This document shows positions 62,553 through 64,000 of a DNA stretch of 64,000 nt, piece after piece. The first letter of the stretch is position 1; every line of letters begins with the position of its first letter. The position numbers and the translations under genes were made by a program. Origin of the DNA: Takakia lepidozioides (lineage: Eukaryota; Plantae; Bryophyta); NCBI GenBank assembly GCA_030704615.1, contig CM060734.1, positions 62,868,001 to 62,932,000 of the forward strand, given 5' to 3'. Below the pieces are notes generated by a model. The model did not search any database. It saw only the letters and a list, made by a program, of their open reading frames with translations, and was not told where the DNA came from.

Positions 62553-64000
62553 TCACCAGTAATCCCCACAAGAACAAATCCCATCTTCAAAGTGGTGAAA
62601 GCGGTTAGCGTCCCGTACAACAATTGCTCGGCCAACAATCTTTGAGATGAATTTGGTGGAGGTGTGGCAGTCACCACACACTCGAAGATTCTTGATGAGA
62701 CGGAGAGGCGTCCTGGGGTCGTGCTGATCAGCCCAAAACCAATGGCCAGCTTCTCACTGTGGTGGCAAAGAGAAAATTCCTTTTCCTCCTCCCCCACATC
62801 ATGCAATACAAAGCGCGTGTCAGGCACATACCCCGCCTTTTTCATCTGCCCAGACAATCTTCTCAGCTCAGCATGGATTTCCTTAATTGGGATGCAACTT
62901 GTCAGCTACAACGAAGGTGTGCACCCTGTTGCCAACCTCAATGCAGCAGCGACCTGGCTCCTTTCTAACCCCTTTGACCTTCATCATTCTTCTCACCTTT
63001 GCAGTATCATCCCACCTGCCAGCTGCAGCATAGATGTTTGAGAGCAACACATAAGTCGCGGCATCCTGTTCATCCCACATGAGGATAGATGTTGCTGCAC
63101 GTTCAGCCATCTCACATTGCCATGGATTCTGCAGGCACCAAGCAAGGCCTTCCACACCACAGCATCTGGATTGATGGGCATTTTATTAATCAGGTCCACT
63201 GCCTCATCCAGTTGTCCCGCACGTCCAAGAAGGTCCACCATGCAGCCAAAGTGCTTTACTGTCGGAGTGACACCATGATCTTGACTCAGGGAATCAAAGT
63301 AGCGTCTTCCTTCATTCAGTAGGCCAGCGTGGCTGCATGCAGAGAGAACACATATAAAGGTGATACTGTCCGGCTTCAAGCCGTTCTTTTGCATTCCTTC
63401 AAATAGTTGCACGACCTCCCTATGACAACCATGCTGTGCATATCCTGCGATCATCGCGTTCCACGACACCACATTATGTTCAGCAATATTGTCGAACACT
63501 CCCTTTGCATCCTCGATGCTCCACATTTGGCATACATGTCCACCAGGGCAGTGTTCAGGATCACATCTGGTACAATTCCAGCTCTGACGATGTCGCCATG
63601 CACCTCTTTGCCCTTTTCCAGGGCTGCCAGGCTTGCACACGCACTGCAAACGCACACAAACGTGATGTGGTCGGGCTTCACCCCTTCGCACATCATTTGC
63701 TCATACGTCTCCAAAGCCTCCATCCCGCGCCCCTGCTGTGCATACCCTGCGAGCATCGCACTCCACGACACCACATCTCGTTCAGCCATATTGTCGAACA
63801 CTCCCTTTGCATGCTCGATGCTCCCACATTTGGCATACATGTCCAACAGGGCAGTGTTCAGGATGACATTTGGTTTCCAGCTCTGACGATGTCGCCATGC
63901 ACCTCTTTGCCCTTTTCCAGGGCTGCCAGGCTTGCACACGCATTGCAAACGCACACAAACGTGATGTGGTCGGGCTTCACCCCTTCGCACATCATTTGCT
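62553..64000 (-). CDS. Second PLS-PPR-E-DYW gene (5' part beyond the window), frameshifted as assembled
   Basis: PLS triplets, E1/E2, [22 protein letters not shown] and CSCGDYW* at 62553. About five small deletions break the frame. Confidence 0.85.

Overview
Nuclear DNA of a non-seed land plant. The gene and transposon families look bryophyte/lycophyte-grade, but the species cannot be determined from the sequence alone. Recognisable intact-looking genes: a PLS-type PPR-DYW organellar RNA-editing factor (4384-6987, -), a 3-exon SPX gene (12518-14563, -) with three P1BS boxes upstream, a divergently transcribed 12-exon COG0523/CobW metal-chaperone GTPase with an N-terminal hydrophobic segment (15950-22668, +), and a 7-exon ICT1/ArfB-type GGQ ribosome-rescue factor (39166/39244-42562, +). 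A second PPR-DYW gene runs off the right end; its frameshifts look like homopolymer errors. Broken genes: an intronless PRP43/DHX15 copy with an internal inversion, a BCKDH E2 (BCE2) fragment, an atypical protein kinase, and PPR N-terminal fragments, one of them inside a hAT element. The rest is nested repeats: two non-LTR families, hAT elements with 8-bp target-site duplications (TSDs), MULE, gypsy and CRE remnants, and tandem arrays. Most notable observations: (1) three diverged L1 copies share a +1-frame basic peptide ORF overlapping and following the end of ORF2, conserved at codon level in two of them; (2) a minimal type I hammerhead ribozyme follows a Penelope-like ORF end at ~60.95 kb; (3) a hAT element carries a PPR gene fragment; (4) a ~260-bp tandem array has Helitron-terminus-like hairpins. 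All calls come from manual reading; no database search was run.
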